Shown: one piece after another, positions 43,350 through 51,865 of the stretch
Layout: each line of letters starts with the position of its first letter
Numbering within the stretch: the stretch's first letter is position 1
From: Acidobacteriota bacterium
GTDB lineage: Bacteria; Acidobacteriota; Thermoanaerobaculia; Multivoradales; UBA5704
Length of the DNA stretch: 64,000 bases
Reading direction: 5' to 3'
NCBI GenBank assembly: GCA_040005235.1
Contig: JBDTZG010000019.1
Location: forward strand, 32,144 to 96,143
Notes under the pieces: generated by a model
Told to the model about the DNA's origin: nothing
The model's input: only the letters and a program-made list of their open reading frames with translations
Databases searched by the model: none
Translations under genes and position numbers: made by a program

Positions 43350-45125
43350 ATGGCAACGCTAGAGGCCCCCACCCAGAACATCGTGGTCAAGGAAATGTCC
43401 TGGGATCCGATCACCCGGATCGTCGGCAGCTTGGGCATTCATGCCGAGGTCGACTTCACCAACCGCCAGGTGCGGAAGTGTTACAGCACCTCGATGATCT
43501 TTCGCGGCTTCGACATTTTCATGAAGGGGATCGATCCGCGCGACGCCCATTTCATCACCAGCCGGATCTGCGGTATCTGCGGCGACAACCACTGCACCTG
43601 CTCGTGCTTGAACCAGAACATGGCCTATGGCGTCAAACCGCCGAAGCTCGGCGACTACGCCTTCAACCTCGCCGAGTCGGCGGACTTCATGTTCGATCAC
43701 GCGATCTTCAACGACTGCATGGCGAACGTCGATTTCTGCGAGCAGATGGTGAAGGACACCAACCCGAGCGTGCTGGCGAAAGCCGAGAAGACCTCGTCGC
43801 CGCACGGCGACATCCACGGCTTCAAGACGATCGCCGACATCATGCGGGCGCTCAATCCGTTTACCGGGGCGTTCTATCTGGAGACCCTGAACGTCGCCCG
43901 CTATACCCGCGAGATGTACTGCCTGCTGGGGGGACGGCACACCCACCCCTCGACGATCATGCCGGGCGGTTGCAGCGCCGACATCACCCACCAGACCCTC
44001 ACTGATTATTATGTCCGGCTGATGCGCTATATCGACTATTGCAAGCGCACGGTGCCGATGCACGATGACCTCTACGACTTCTTCTACGAGGCGCTGCCCG
44101 GTTACGAGAAGGTCGGCTATCGCGAGACCGATCTGGTTTGCTGGGGCGCGTTCGACGACCCCAACTATGTCGACTACACCTACAAGAACATGACCGAATG
44201 GGGCCGGCGGCGCTTCATCACGCCGGGCGTGGTGATCGGCGGCGAGCTGATCTCGACCGACCTGGTCGAAATCAATTTGATGATCCGCATTCTTCTCGGC
44301 AGCTCGTTCTTCGACAGCTGGGAAGGCGAGAACACGTTCGTCACCCACGATCCGCTTGGCAATCCCGTGCACAAGAACCACCCGTGGAACAAAGTCACCC
44401 TGCCCAAGCCGCAAAAGCGCGACTGGGCGAGCAAGTACAGCTGGGTCGTCTCGCCGCGCATTTTCGATCAGCGCACCGGCCGCCACGTCGCCTGCGACAC
44501 GGGCGGCGGACCGTTCGCCCGTCAGTGGGTGACGGCGAAAGCCGGCATCGTCGATCTGGGGTATTTGAAAGCCACGGGGCACAGCATCAAGATGGTCCTG
44601 CCGCGCACCGCGAGCCTGCCCGAGATGGAGCTGGAGTGGAAGATTCCGCAGTGGAGCAACGCAATCGAGCGCGATCGGGCCCGCTCCTACCATCAGGCGT
44701 ATTCGGCGCTGGTCGGGCTGTACAACCTCGAAAAGGCGCTGGTCGAAGTACGGGGCGGACGGACCAAGAGCTGGAACGACTTCAAGGTGCCGGAAGAAGC
44801 CGTGAGCGTCGGTTTCCACGAGGCAGCGCGCGGCGTCCTCTCGCACCACATGGTGATCAAGGACGGCAAGATCGCCAACTACCAGCCCTATCCGCCGACC
44901 CCCTGGAACGCCAATCCGCGCGACGTTCACGGCACCCCGGGACCTTACGAAGACGCGGTGCAGAACACCCCGATCTTCGAGGAAAACGGCCCCGAGAACT
45001 TCAAGGGAATCGACATCATGCGCGCGGTGCGCAGCTTCGATCCCTGCCTGCCCTGCGGCGTCCACCTGTACGACGGCAAGGGGTTCATTCGGAAGGTCCA
45101 GCACACGCCCACGGGTCTGAGTTGA
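43350..45125 (+). CDS. hhyL: Group 1h (high-affinity) [NiFe]-hydrogenase large subunit
   Basis: WDPITRIVGSLG, L1 RICGICGDNH, L2 SFDPCLPCGVH. Confidence 0.92.
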   Translation: MATLEAPTQNIVVKEMSWDPITRIVGSLGIHAEVDFTNRQVRKCYSTSMIFRGFDIFMKGIDPRDAHFITSRICGICGDNHCTCSCLNQNMAYGVKPPKLGDYAFNLAESADFMFDHAIFNDCMANVDFCEQMVKDTNPSVLAKAEKTSSPHGDIHGFKTIADIMRALNPFTGAFYLETLNVARYTREMYCLLGGRHTHPSTIMPGGCSADITHQTLTDYYVRLMRYIDYCKRTVPMHDDLYDFFYEALPGYEKVGYRETDLVCWGAFDDPNYVDYTYKNMTEWGRRRFITPGVVIGGELISTDLVEINLMIRILLGSSFFDSWEGENTFVTHDPLGNPVHKNHPWNKVTLPKPQKRDWASKYSWVVSPRIFDQRTGRHVACDTGGGPFARQWVTAKAGIVDLGYLKATGHSIKMVLPRTASLPEMELEWKIPQWSNAIERDRARSYHQAYSALVGLYNLEKALVEVRGGRTKSWNDFKVPEEAVSVGFHEAARGVLSHHMVIKDGKIANYQPYPPTPWNANPRDVHGTPGPYEDAVQNTPIFEENGPENFKGIDIMRAVRSFDPCLPCGVHLYDGKGFIRKVQHTPTGLS

Positions 45126-45189
45126 AGCGGATGGCAGAGATAGCTGGAATGGCCGGCTGCGCGCGGAGGTGCATGGGGTGAGCCAAGGG

Positions 45190-45828
45190 ATGAACGAAAC
45201 CGGGGCGGGTTCCGCTCGGCCGGAGGCGGTGGTCGAGCGGGTGCAGGATCTGATCGCACGGATCGAAGGGATCGAAGACCCTCGGGCGCGAGAGATCGCG
45301 TCCGAGCTCGCTGCGGCGATGGTCGATCTTTACGGCGTAGGACTGTCACGGATTTTTGCCGCCCTCGACGGGGGCGGCGCTTCGGGTCATGCGATTCGCG
45401 ACCGTCTGGTAGAGGATGGCGTCGTCGGGAGCTTGTTGTTGATTCACGATCTCTATCCAGTGCCGCTCGAGACCCGAGTCCTGGAGGCGCTCGACAAGGT
45501 ACGTCCCTACATGGAGTCGCACGGCGGTAACGTCGAGGTCTTGAGCCTCGACGGCGGCGTGGCGAGGCTCCGGCTGCACGGCAGCTGTCATGGCTGCCCT
45601 TCTTCGGCCGCAACGCTCGAAGGCTTGATCCGGCAGGCCCTGCTGGAGACGGCGCCCGACCTTCTGGGGCTTGAGGTCGAAGGGGTGGTCGGGGCCCCCG
45701 GGGTCCCCGACATCACCGATATCGGCTATCCGTCGACGGCTCCGAGCGACAGCCTGTTACCCGTCTTTCCATCGATGGAGTCGGCGGCCACCTACCTTTC
45801 CTGCACTCCGCAGCTGGGGACCCCCTGA
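45190..45828 (+). CDS. NifU-like Fe-S protein of Hhy clusters
   Basis: LLLIHDLYP, ALDKVRPYMESHGGNVE, GSCHGCPSS; start uncertain. Confidence 0.8.
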   Translation: MNETGAGSARPEAVVERVQDLIARIEGIEDPRAREIASELAAAMVDLYGVGLSRIFAALDGGGASGHAIRDRLVEDGVVGSLLLIHDLYPVPLETRVLEALDKVRPYMESHGGNVEVLSLDGGVARLRLHGSCHGCPSSAATLEGLIRQALLETAPDLLGLEVEGVVGAPGVPDITDIGYPSTAPSDSLLPVFPSMESAATYLSCTPQLGTP

Positions 45829-46493
45829 TGCCCGATCTCGCCGAGAACGGCGGTCCCTCCGGCGGCGGCCGGGCCTCGCTCGTCTCCGGCCTGCGCCGCC
45901 TGGCGGCGACCCGGCCGGGCGGACCGGCGAACCCCGCCGCGGCGACCGCCGAGCTGTGCGACTTCTGCCGCACCGGCCTGCCCTCGGAGCACCCGCATCT
46001 GCTCGACGTCCAGGAGCGGCGCATCCTCTGCGTCTGCCAGACCTGCACGGTGCGCCGATCCGGCGAGGCGCGCTACGTGCCGGTCGGCCGGCGTTTGTGG
46101 CGTCTCACGGGATTCAAGCTGCCGGAGGAGATCTGGGCGCGCTTTCAGATCCCCGTGGGGCTCGCGTTCTTCTTCTTGAGCAGCGCGGCGGACCAGGTGA
46201 TCGCGCTCTACCCGAGCCCCTTGGGCGCCACCGAATCCCAGCTCGACCTCGAAGCCTGGGAGGATCTGCGCCGCGAGAACATGGTGCTGGCCAGTTTAGA
46301 GGCCGACGCGGAGGCCCTGTTGGTGCGGAAAAACAACGCGGATTACGAGGTCTATCTCGCGCCGATCGACGAGTGCTACCGGCTGGTCGGACTGCTCAAG
46401 ACGACCTGGCGGGGGATCAGCGGGGGAGCGCTCGCGGAGGCGGGAATCGAAGCCTACTTCGCCGAGCTGCGATCGCGGGCGAAGGCGGCATGA
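45828..46493 (+). CDS. DUF5947-like hydrogenase-associated protein
   Basis: CDFC..EHPH..CVCQTC, IPVGLAFF, YPSPLGATES, PIDECYRLVG..WRGISGG. Confidence 0.78.
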   Translation: MPDLAENGGPSGGGRASLVSGLRRLAATRPGGPANPAAATAELCDFCRTGLPSEHPHLLDVQERRILCVCQTCTVRRSGEARYVPVGRRLWRLTGFKLPEEIWARFQIPVGLAFFFLSSAADQVIALYPSPLGATESQLDLEAWEDLRRENMVLASLEADAEALLVRKNNADYEVYLAPIDECYRLVGLLKTTWRGISGGALAEAGIEAYFAELRSRAKAA

Positions 46494-47251
46494 TCGCGAT
46501 GCCGGGCACCGCGGAATCGAACGGAACGCCCGAGTCCGGCGACTCGGCAAACTCAGGAGATCGGCTTGCGCAAAAGACCACCCCGCCCCGCCCGGTTTTC
46601 GAAATCGTCGCCGCCCTACCCGTCCCCTATGCCGTGGCGCCGACCCTCGCGTTCACCCTGCGGGTCCGCGACTTGGCGGAGCGTTCGGTTTACACGATCG
46701 CGCTCACGACCCAAATAAACATCGAGCCGGCGCGCCGGGCCTACGACGACGCGACGCGCGAAAGTCTAGTCGAGCTGTTCGGCGCGCCGGAGCGCTGGGG
46801 CTCGACCGCGAGGAGCCTCCCCTGGATTAAGCGCGACGTCCTGGTGCCGAGCTTCCGCGGCGAAACGACGTTTGAGGTCCAGATCGCCTGCGGCTACGAC
46901 CTGGAGATCGCGGCGGAAAAATATTTCTACTCGATGCCGGACGGCGAGGTGCCGCTTTCCTTCCTGTTCAACGGCACGATCTTCTACCAGGGAGACGACG
47001 GCCGGCTCCAGATGGTGCAGATCCCGTGGGAATGCATCGCCGCGTTCCGCCTGCCCGTCGCGACCTGGAGGTCGATGATGGGTTCCTACTACGGCGACGC
47101 CGCCTGGGTCCGACTCGGCGCGGAAACGCTCGACCGGCTGGGCCAATGGAAGGCCCGGCGCGGCCTGCGCACTTTTGACGATTGCGTCGCCGCGCTGCTC
47201 GCGGAGTCCCCCGAGATCCCCGAGGCCGGTGGAGACCCGCGCGATGGATAG
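46490..47251 (+). CDS. DUF6084-like hydrogenase-associated protein
   Basis: QINIEPARRAY, LFGAPERWG, YDLEIAAEKYF, VPLSFLFNGTIFY, IPWE. Confidence 0.78.
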   Translation: MIAMPGTAESNGTPESGDSANSGDRLAQKTTPPRPVFEIVAALPVPYAVAPTLAFTLRVRDLAERSVYTIALTTQINIEPARRAYDDATRESLVELFGAPERWGSTARSLPWIKRDVLVPSFRGETTFEVQIACGYDLEIAAEKYFYSMPDGEVPLSFLFNGTIFYQGDDGRLQMVQIPWECIAAFRLPVATWRSMMGSYYGDAAWVRLGAETLDRLGQWKARRGLRTFDDCVAALLAESPEIPEAGGDPRDG

Positions 47252-48506
47252 GTCAGCCGATCAGATGGATAAGGCAGCCGATCCGCTCGAACGTCTGGTC
47301 GCCTCGCTGCTCCACGAGGGGTACGCGCTCTACCCCTACACGCCGGGGGCGACCAAGAACTCGACCCCGACGCCGTTCGGCATCCTTTATCCTCCGGCCT
47401 ACGCCGTGCGCGAGCGGACGACGTTCGATCACCTGCAGATCGAGTGCATCCTCGTGGCGCCGGCCGACGCGCCGGTCGAAGCGAACGCGCTCTTCCTTCA
47501 GGCTTCCGGCCCGCGGCACCAAGCGGTCGAGCGGCGGATCGACTTGGCCCCGACGCCGGTCGCCGAGATCGCGGCCAAGGCGGTCGAGCGCACGTTTGTC
47601 GGTCCTTCCGAATCGGACGCGGGCGTCACCGGCCGGGTGGTCCTCTCGGCGGTTCTCCTGGCTCCCACCCCCGGATTCGAATCCGGGATCTGGCGCCTCA
47701 ACCTGCGGATCGAGAACACGACCGCCCTTTCCGACCTGGAGGCCGTGGCGTTCGATCGCGCGGCCGCGCTACGCCGAAGCTTTCTTTCCACCCACGCGCT
47801 TCTGCGCATAGGGGTGCGCACAGGGGGAGGAGGACGGTTCATCTCGCCGGTCGAGCGCGAGGGAGAATTCGCCCCGGACATCGCCGCCTGTCGAAACGTC
47901 AACACCTGGCCGGTGCTTGGCACCCCGGAAGACGACGCGATCCTCGGCGCCGCGATCTTTCTGCCCGATCATCCGCAGATGGCGCCCGAGAGCCACCTGA
48001 ATCTGTTCGACAATACCGAGATCGAAGAGGCGCTCCTTCTCCACGTCCATGCGCTCTCGGACGGCGAGCGCGAGGCGATCTCCGAGCAGGACCCGGCGGT
48101 GCGCGAGATGATCGCCCGGGCACTCGCGACCGGCCCGGCGGAGATCCTGTCGCTCCACGGCCGGATGACGCTCAAGGATCCGGAGCCCGGAGCGGTCCTG
48201 AACGAATCTTCGGCCGGGCCGCCGATCGGTTTCCCGTTCCAAGACGAGATCCCGGGCGAGCAGCGGATCGAAGTCGAAGGCGTCGTCTACCTCCGCGGCG
48301 GCAAGGTGATCCTCCGCCCGGGCGAGAAGGGGAACCCGCACGACAAAATGCTCCACGGCCGGATCGCGACGCTCGAACGGATCTTCATCGGCTACGATGA
48401 CCGGGTCTATCTGGGGATCACGGTCGACGACGATCCCGGCCAGGATCTCCTGCGCGAGAGCGGCCGATATCTGTATTTCTTCGTCCACGAAGTGGAGGTT
48501 CTGTGA
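47244..48506 (+). CDS. Conserved hydrogenase-associated hypothetical protein
   Basis: LLHEGYALYPY, STHALL, NVNTWPVL, LPDHPQMAPES..LFDNTEIEE, DDDPGQDL. Confidence 0.72.
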   Translation: MDRSADQMDKAADPLERLVASLLHEGYALYPYTPGATKNSTPTPFGILYPPAYAVRERTTFDHLQIECILVAPADAPVEANALFLQASGPRHQAVERRIDLAPTPVAEIAAKAVERTFVGPSESDAGVTGRVVLSAVLLAPTPGFESGIWRLNLRIENTTALSDLEAVAFDRAAALRRSFLSTHALLRIGVRTGGGGRFISPVEREGEFAPDIAACRNVNTWPVLGTPEDDAILGAAIFLPDHPQMAPESHLNLFDNTEIEEALLLHVHALSDGEREAISEQDPAVREMIARALATGPAEILSLHGRMTLKDPEPGAVLNESSAGPPIGFPFQDEIPGEQRIEVEGVVYLRGGKVILRPGEKGNPHDKMLHGRIATLERIFIGYDDRVYLGITVDDDPGQDLLRESGRYLYFFVHEVEVL

Positions 48507-49009
48507 ATCGTCCACAGCAAATTCTGGTCGCGGGAGTGGGCAATGCCTGGCTGCGCGACGACGGTTTCGGCGGCCGGGTGGTCGAGCGGCTGCAGAAGCT
48601 CGCTCTGCCGGAAGGGGTGACGGTCGCCGATTTCGGCACCGGCGGGCTGGACCTCGCCTACGAGGTGATGCGGGGTTACGACGCCCTGGTGCTGGTCGAC
48701 GCGAGCCAGCAGGGGCACGAGCCGGGCACCCTTTATCTGATCGAGCCCGAAGAGTCCTCGGTGCCGGGGGCAATCGAAAACGGCGACGTGCTCAATCCGC
48801 ACGGCATGGACCCGGCGACGGTGCTGCGATTCCTAAAGGCGGTGAACGGCTGGCCGGGCAAAGTCGTGATCGTCGCCTGCGAGCCGCACGAGGTCGAGGA
48901 GATGGGGCTGGGCTTGAGCCCGGCGGTCGAAGGGGCGCTCGACGGGGCGGTCCAGCTCGTCTTGAAGACGGTCGACGATCTGCTCGCGGTCCCCGCCGGC
49001 CCGGCGTGA
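48503..49009 (+). CDS. Hydrogenase maturation protease
   Basis: LVAGVGNAWLRDDGFG, VLVDA, NPHGM, VACEP. Confidence 0.9.
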   Translation: MNRPQQILVAGVGNAWLRDDGFGGRVVERLQKLALPEGVTVADFGTGGLDLAYEVMRGYDALVLVDASQQGHEPGTLYLIEPEESSVPGAIENGDVLNPHGMDPATVLRFLKAVNGWPGKVVIVACEPHEVEEMGLGLSPAVEGALDGAVQLVLKTVDDLLAVPAGPA

Positions 49010-50262
49010 AGGAAGGCGTGAAGGAAGGCGCGAAGGAACACGCCGAGGAAGGCCCCACGAGCGCCGCTGCGCGATTGGACGAAATCCTTAACCGGCGCAC
49101 GGCGGTGAACGCCGAATTCTTCGCCGCCTCGGCGGAATCGATCGCCCGCCTGTGCCACGCGATGGCGGAGCGCTTCGCGCGCGGCGGCCGGCTGGTGGCG
49201 CTCGCGGCGAGCCCCCAGGCGCGTTCCGACGCGCGCCACGTGGCGGTCGAATTCGTCCATCCGGTAATCGTCGGGAAAAGGGCGCTCCCCGCGATCGGCC
49301 TCGCCGCCGAAGCGGGGGAGCTGGCGCTCGTGGCCGACCTGGCGGCGCGGCCGGACGACATGGCGATCGTTTTCAGTGAGCCGGTCTTGGCTGACAAGGA
49401 ACGGACGAACTGGGTCGAGCTGATCGCCGCCCTGCGCGCCCGCGGCTGCCTGACCCTCGCCTTCGAGCCGTTCGGCGCGGAGTGGGAGTATCTCCCGCCC
49501 ACGGCCGACCCCTTCGTCCGACAGGAGCTGGTCGAGACCCTCTACCACCTGCTGTGGGAGTCCATACACGTCTTCTTCGAGCATCGTGGCCTGCTCGAAG
49601 GCCGGGCGAGCCAGCCGGTTCACGATTCCGGCGCCTCGCGATTCCTCTATCCCTTTCTGGGGCAAACCGAGCGCGATCTCGATGGCGTACTGGCCGACAT
49701 CGCCCGCTCGGTGGTGATGAAAGCCGAGGAGGTCGGCGCGCTCCGACAGCGCACCCTTTCGGAGAGCGCCGAACCCTTGCAGGCAGCGGCGCGCAAAATC
49801 CGCGAGCGGCTCGACGCGGGGGGCACGCTGCTCGCGTTCGGCAACGGCGGGTCGGCGACCGACGCGATGGACCTGGTGGCCGACTTCCGCGCCGCGCCGC
49901 AAGGCTGGCCGGCCCGGCGGGCGCTCGATTTGACCGAAGACGCTTCGATTCTGACCGCACTCGCCAACGACATCGGCCCGGACGTCCTGTTCTCGCGCCA
50001 GATCATCGCCTACGGCCAGCGGGGCGACGTGGCGGTGGCGCTGTCGACCAGCGGCGGATCGCGCAACGTCATTGAGGCGCTCGGCGAGGCGCGCCGCCGG
50101 GGGCTGGTGACGGTCGCGTTCGTCGGCTACGACGGAGGGCGGATCGCGGAGGAACAACTGGCGGATTTCGTCATCGTCACCCCCTCGCAATACGTCCCGC
50201 GCATTCAAGAGGCTCAGGCGAGCGCGTACCACGCGCTGCGCGAGCTGGTGGAGATGGGGTAG
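49006..50262 (+). CDS. Tandem SIS-domain GmhA-like protein
   Basis: DARHVAVEFVHPVIVGKRALPA; FGNGGSATDA, LTALAND, LSTSGGS, RIQEAQ. Confidence 0.8.
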   Translation: MKEGVKEGAKEHAEEGPTSAAARLDEILNRRTAVNAEFFAASAESIARLCHAMAERFARGGRLVALAASPQARSDARHVAVEFVHPVIVGKRALPAIGLAAEAGELALVADLAARPDDMAIVFSEPVLADKERTNWVELIAALRARGCLTLAFEPFGAEWEYLPPTADPFVRQELVETLYHLLWESIHVFFEHRGLLEGRASQPVHDSGASRFLYPFLGQTERDLDGVLADIARSVVMKAEEVGALRQRTLSESAEPLQAAARKIRERLDAGGTLLAFGNGGSATDAMDLVADFRAAPQGWPARRALDLTEDASILTALANDIGPDVLFSRQIIAYGQRGDVAVALSTSGGSRNVIEALGEARRRGLVTVAFVGYDGGRIAEEQLADFVIVTPSQYVPRIQEAQASAYHALRELVEMG

Positions 50263-50275
50263 GCCTGAGGCGACT

Positions 50276-50302
50276 TTGGAGTGCGCCGACGCGTCGGCGC
50301 TT
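50276..50302. repeat. REP-like palindrome (GGAGTGCGCCGACGCGTCGGCGC)
   Basis: Perfect palindrome GCGCCGACGCGTCGGCGC preceded by TTGGAGT; related to 62346-62392. Confidence 0.7.
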
Positions 50303-50344
50303 CTTTCGCGGCGATGTGTCGCCCGTCCCCACTCACGCGACATC

Positions 50345-50497
50345 CGATATCTTTTGTTATCACTTCTTTCGCACCATGAACACTGTAAACAAATTCGGCC
50401 TCAGGTTTGCGATACCTTTTGTTGTCACATTTCCCGCGCCCTCCATGAACACTGTAAACAAACCCGACTTCAGGCTTGCGATACCTTTTGTTGTCAC
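50345..50497. repeat. AT-rich tandem repeat, period 65-69 bp, about 2.3 copies
   Basis: CGATAYCTTTTGTTRTCAC at 50345, 50410, 50479; CCATGAACACTGTAAACAAA at 50374, 50443. Confidence 0.85.
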
Positions 50498-50538
50498 ACT
50501 TTTATTTGGCCATTTGTCTATCTTTGTTGGATTGGACG

Positions 50539-50547
50539 TGCTATAAC
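50539..50547 (+). promoter_or_regulatory. Extended -10 promoter element
   Basis: TGcTATAAC about 48 nt upstream of ATG 50595, which has an AAGGAGG RBS. Confidence 0.5.
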
Positions 50548-50594
50548 CCGGATGCTCTAGTACGCCGTATCCGGACCCAAGGAGGCGCGCACCC

Positions 50595-51554
50595 ATGGCG
50601 ACAAAGTCTCATCTCCTCTGCTGCCTTCTCTTACTTCTCTTGTCGCCGAGCTCTCTGTCCGGCGAGACCGCAACACCCAGCCCCCTTGTCGGAAGGTGGG
50701 AAGGCGCGATTCTTGTTCGACCGGCTGAGCTCGAAGTTGGCTTGGAACTCGATCTCGTGGAGAAGGATAAGGAACTCTCCGGAACCATCGCTTTCCCAAC
50801 CCAGGGCGGCCCGAGCCATGCTCTCTCAGCCGTCGATCTCCGCGAGTCCGCCGTTCAGATCGTCTACAAGGATGCGAACAATGACGCGTCCGTTTTCAAC
50901 GGTGTCTTGTCCGCGGATCTCAAGGAGATTAGCGGCACGGTTCTCGACGGGGGAAAGACGATTCGATTCGCGTTGCGAAGAGTCACGAACCCAGCTGCTT
51001 TCCTCCCTCTCACCCTGCTCTCAGCCGATGGATCAGAGCTCCGATCTCGCTTCACGGAAGACCTCGGAAGCGTCCGAGTCCTCCTGATCCTCTCTCCCAC
51101 TTGCCCTTACTGTCGCAACATGGCTCGCTTGGTTCGAGAGTATGTCTTAGACCGAATCCAAAATCCTGCGCTCAAATTCCTGGTCGTTTGGGAAGAGATC
51201 ACGTCGAACGACAGAAGAGCCGAAGCCGAAGATGCCAGCCATCTCCTGAACGGACCCCGTGTGACCAACTACTGGGCGGAACACCGCTTCACCGGACGCA
51301 GCTTCCAGGGTGCGCTTGGCACCAAGACCATGCCGCCTTGGGATGTCGTGCTTGTGTTCGGCCCGAGCGGTGCCTGGCCGGCCAACGCGCCCGCGCCATC
51401 CCCTGACTACTTCATGCACAACCTCAAGGGCGAGGAGCTGCCCGCCGATCGAAAGTTCAATGTTGAGAAACTGGCAGAAGAGATCGAGTCGAGGCTTAAG
51501 CTGAGCGACGGGGAAGCCGCTCACAACGCCCCAGTATCCCCACCCAATGACTAG
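50595..51554 (+). CDS. Secreted protein with an N-terminal beta domain and a C-terminal thioredoxin-like (CPYC) domain
   Basis: Signal peptide; GRWEG; RVLLILSPTCPYC, FLVVW, PRVTNYW, PWDVVLVFGP. Confidence 0.75.
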   Translation: MATKSHLLCCLLLLLLSPSSLSGETATPSPLVGRWEGAILVRPAELEVGLELDLVEKDKELSGTIAFPTQGGPSHALSAVDLRESAVQIVYKDANNDASVFNGVLSADLKEISGTVLDGGKTIRFALRRVTNPAAFLPLTLLSADGSELRSRFTEDLGSVRVLLILSPTCPYCRNMARLVREYVLDRIQNPALKFLVVWEEITSNDRRAEAEDASHLLNGPRVTNYWAEHRFTGRSFQGALGTKTMPPWDVVLVFGPSGAWPANAPAPSPDYFMHNLKGEELPADRKFNVEKLAEEIESRLKLSDGEAAHNAPVSPPND

Positions 51555-51649
51555 CGTCTTGGTCGTTCCAGGCGACGGCTGCCTGGGCGACCTTGGGGAA
51601 GGGGCGGCGGTTCACGGTGAAAAATCGAACCCGAAAGGAGGTGAAAGCA

Positions 51650-51733
51650 ATGAAAAACGAGATCTTCGCAGTCGAGATCAAGCTCGATTCCAAGGTGAAC
51701 GTCATCTGCACTTGCTGTGCAGGACAGTGCTAG
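51650..51733 (+). CDS. 27-aa Cys-rich peptide MKNEIFAVEIKLDSKVNVICTCCAGQC (absent from ORF track)
   Basis: Near-perfect RBS AAAGGAGGTGA just upstream of ATG; stand-alone ORF between two co-oriented genes. Confidence 0.7.
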   Translation: MKNEIFAVEIKLDSKVNVICTCCAGQC

Positions 51734-51865
51734 ATCGCAGTCTTTCATACGCCGTTCTGAGAAGGAGTTGACACCGTGAACTCGCTGCCCCTTCCCGTTG
51801 ATGTTAGATGGCATCGCCATTCTCCGCAACCTCGACCGACGACGTAACCAGGGGACCCGACTCAA

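Noticed and set aside
43359-45104. Long antisense and alternate-frame ORFs (also 5132-6721, 11196-12887, 24621-27176, 59878-62472)
   Set aside because: Typical high-GC shadow ORFs over well-supported genes, Arg/Pro/Gly-rich and without motifs.
43350-45125. Selenocysteine-containing [NiFeSe] hydrogenase or Sec-containing thioredoxin-like protein
   Set aside because: The relevant positions (DPCLPC; SPTCPYC) are Cys codons with no in-frame TGA.
50345-50497. Mini-CRISPR array
   Set aside because: The period is CRISPR-like, but the sequences between repeats are themselves near-identical, so this is a tandem duplication.
50276-50560. Cys/His-rich repeat ORF (HEHCKQ...CDTFCCH twice) as a metallothionein or RiPP
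   Set aside because: It starts at a TTG inside a REP with no RBS and overlaps the likely promoter. Several frames are open simply because the period is 69 bp.
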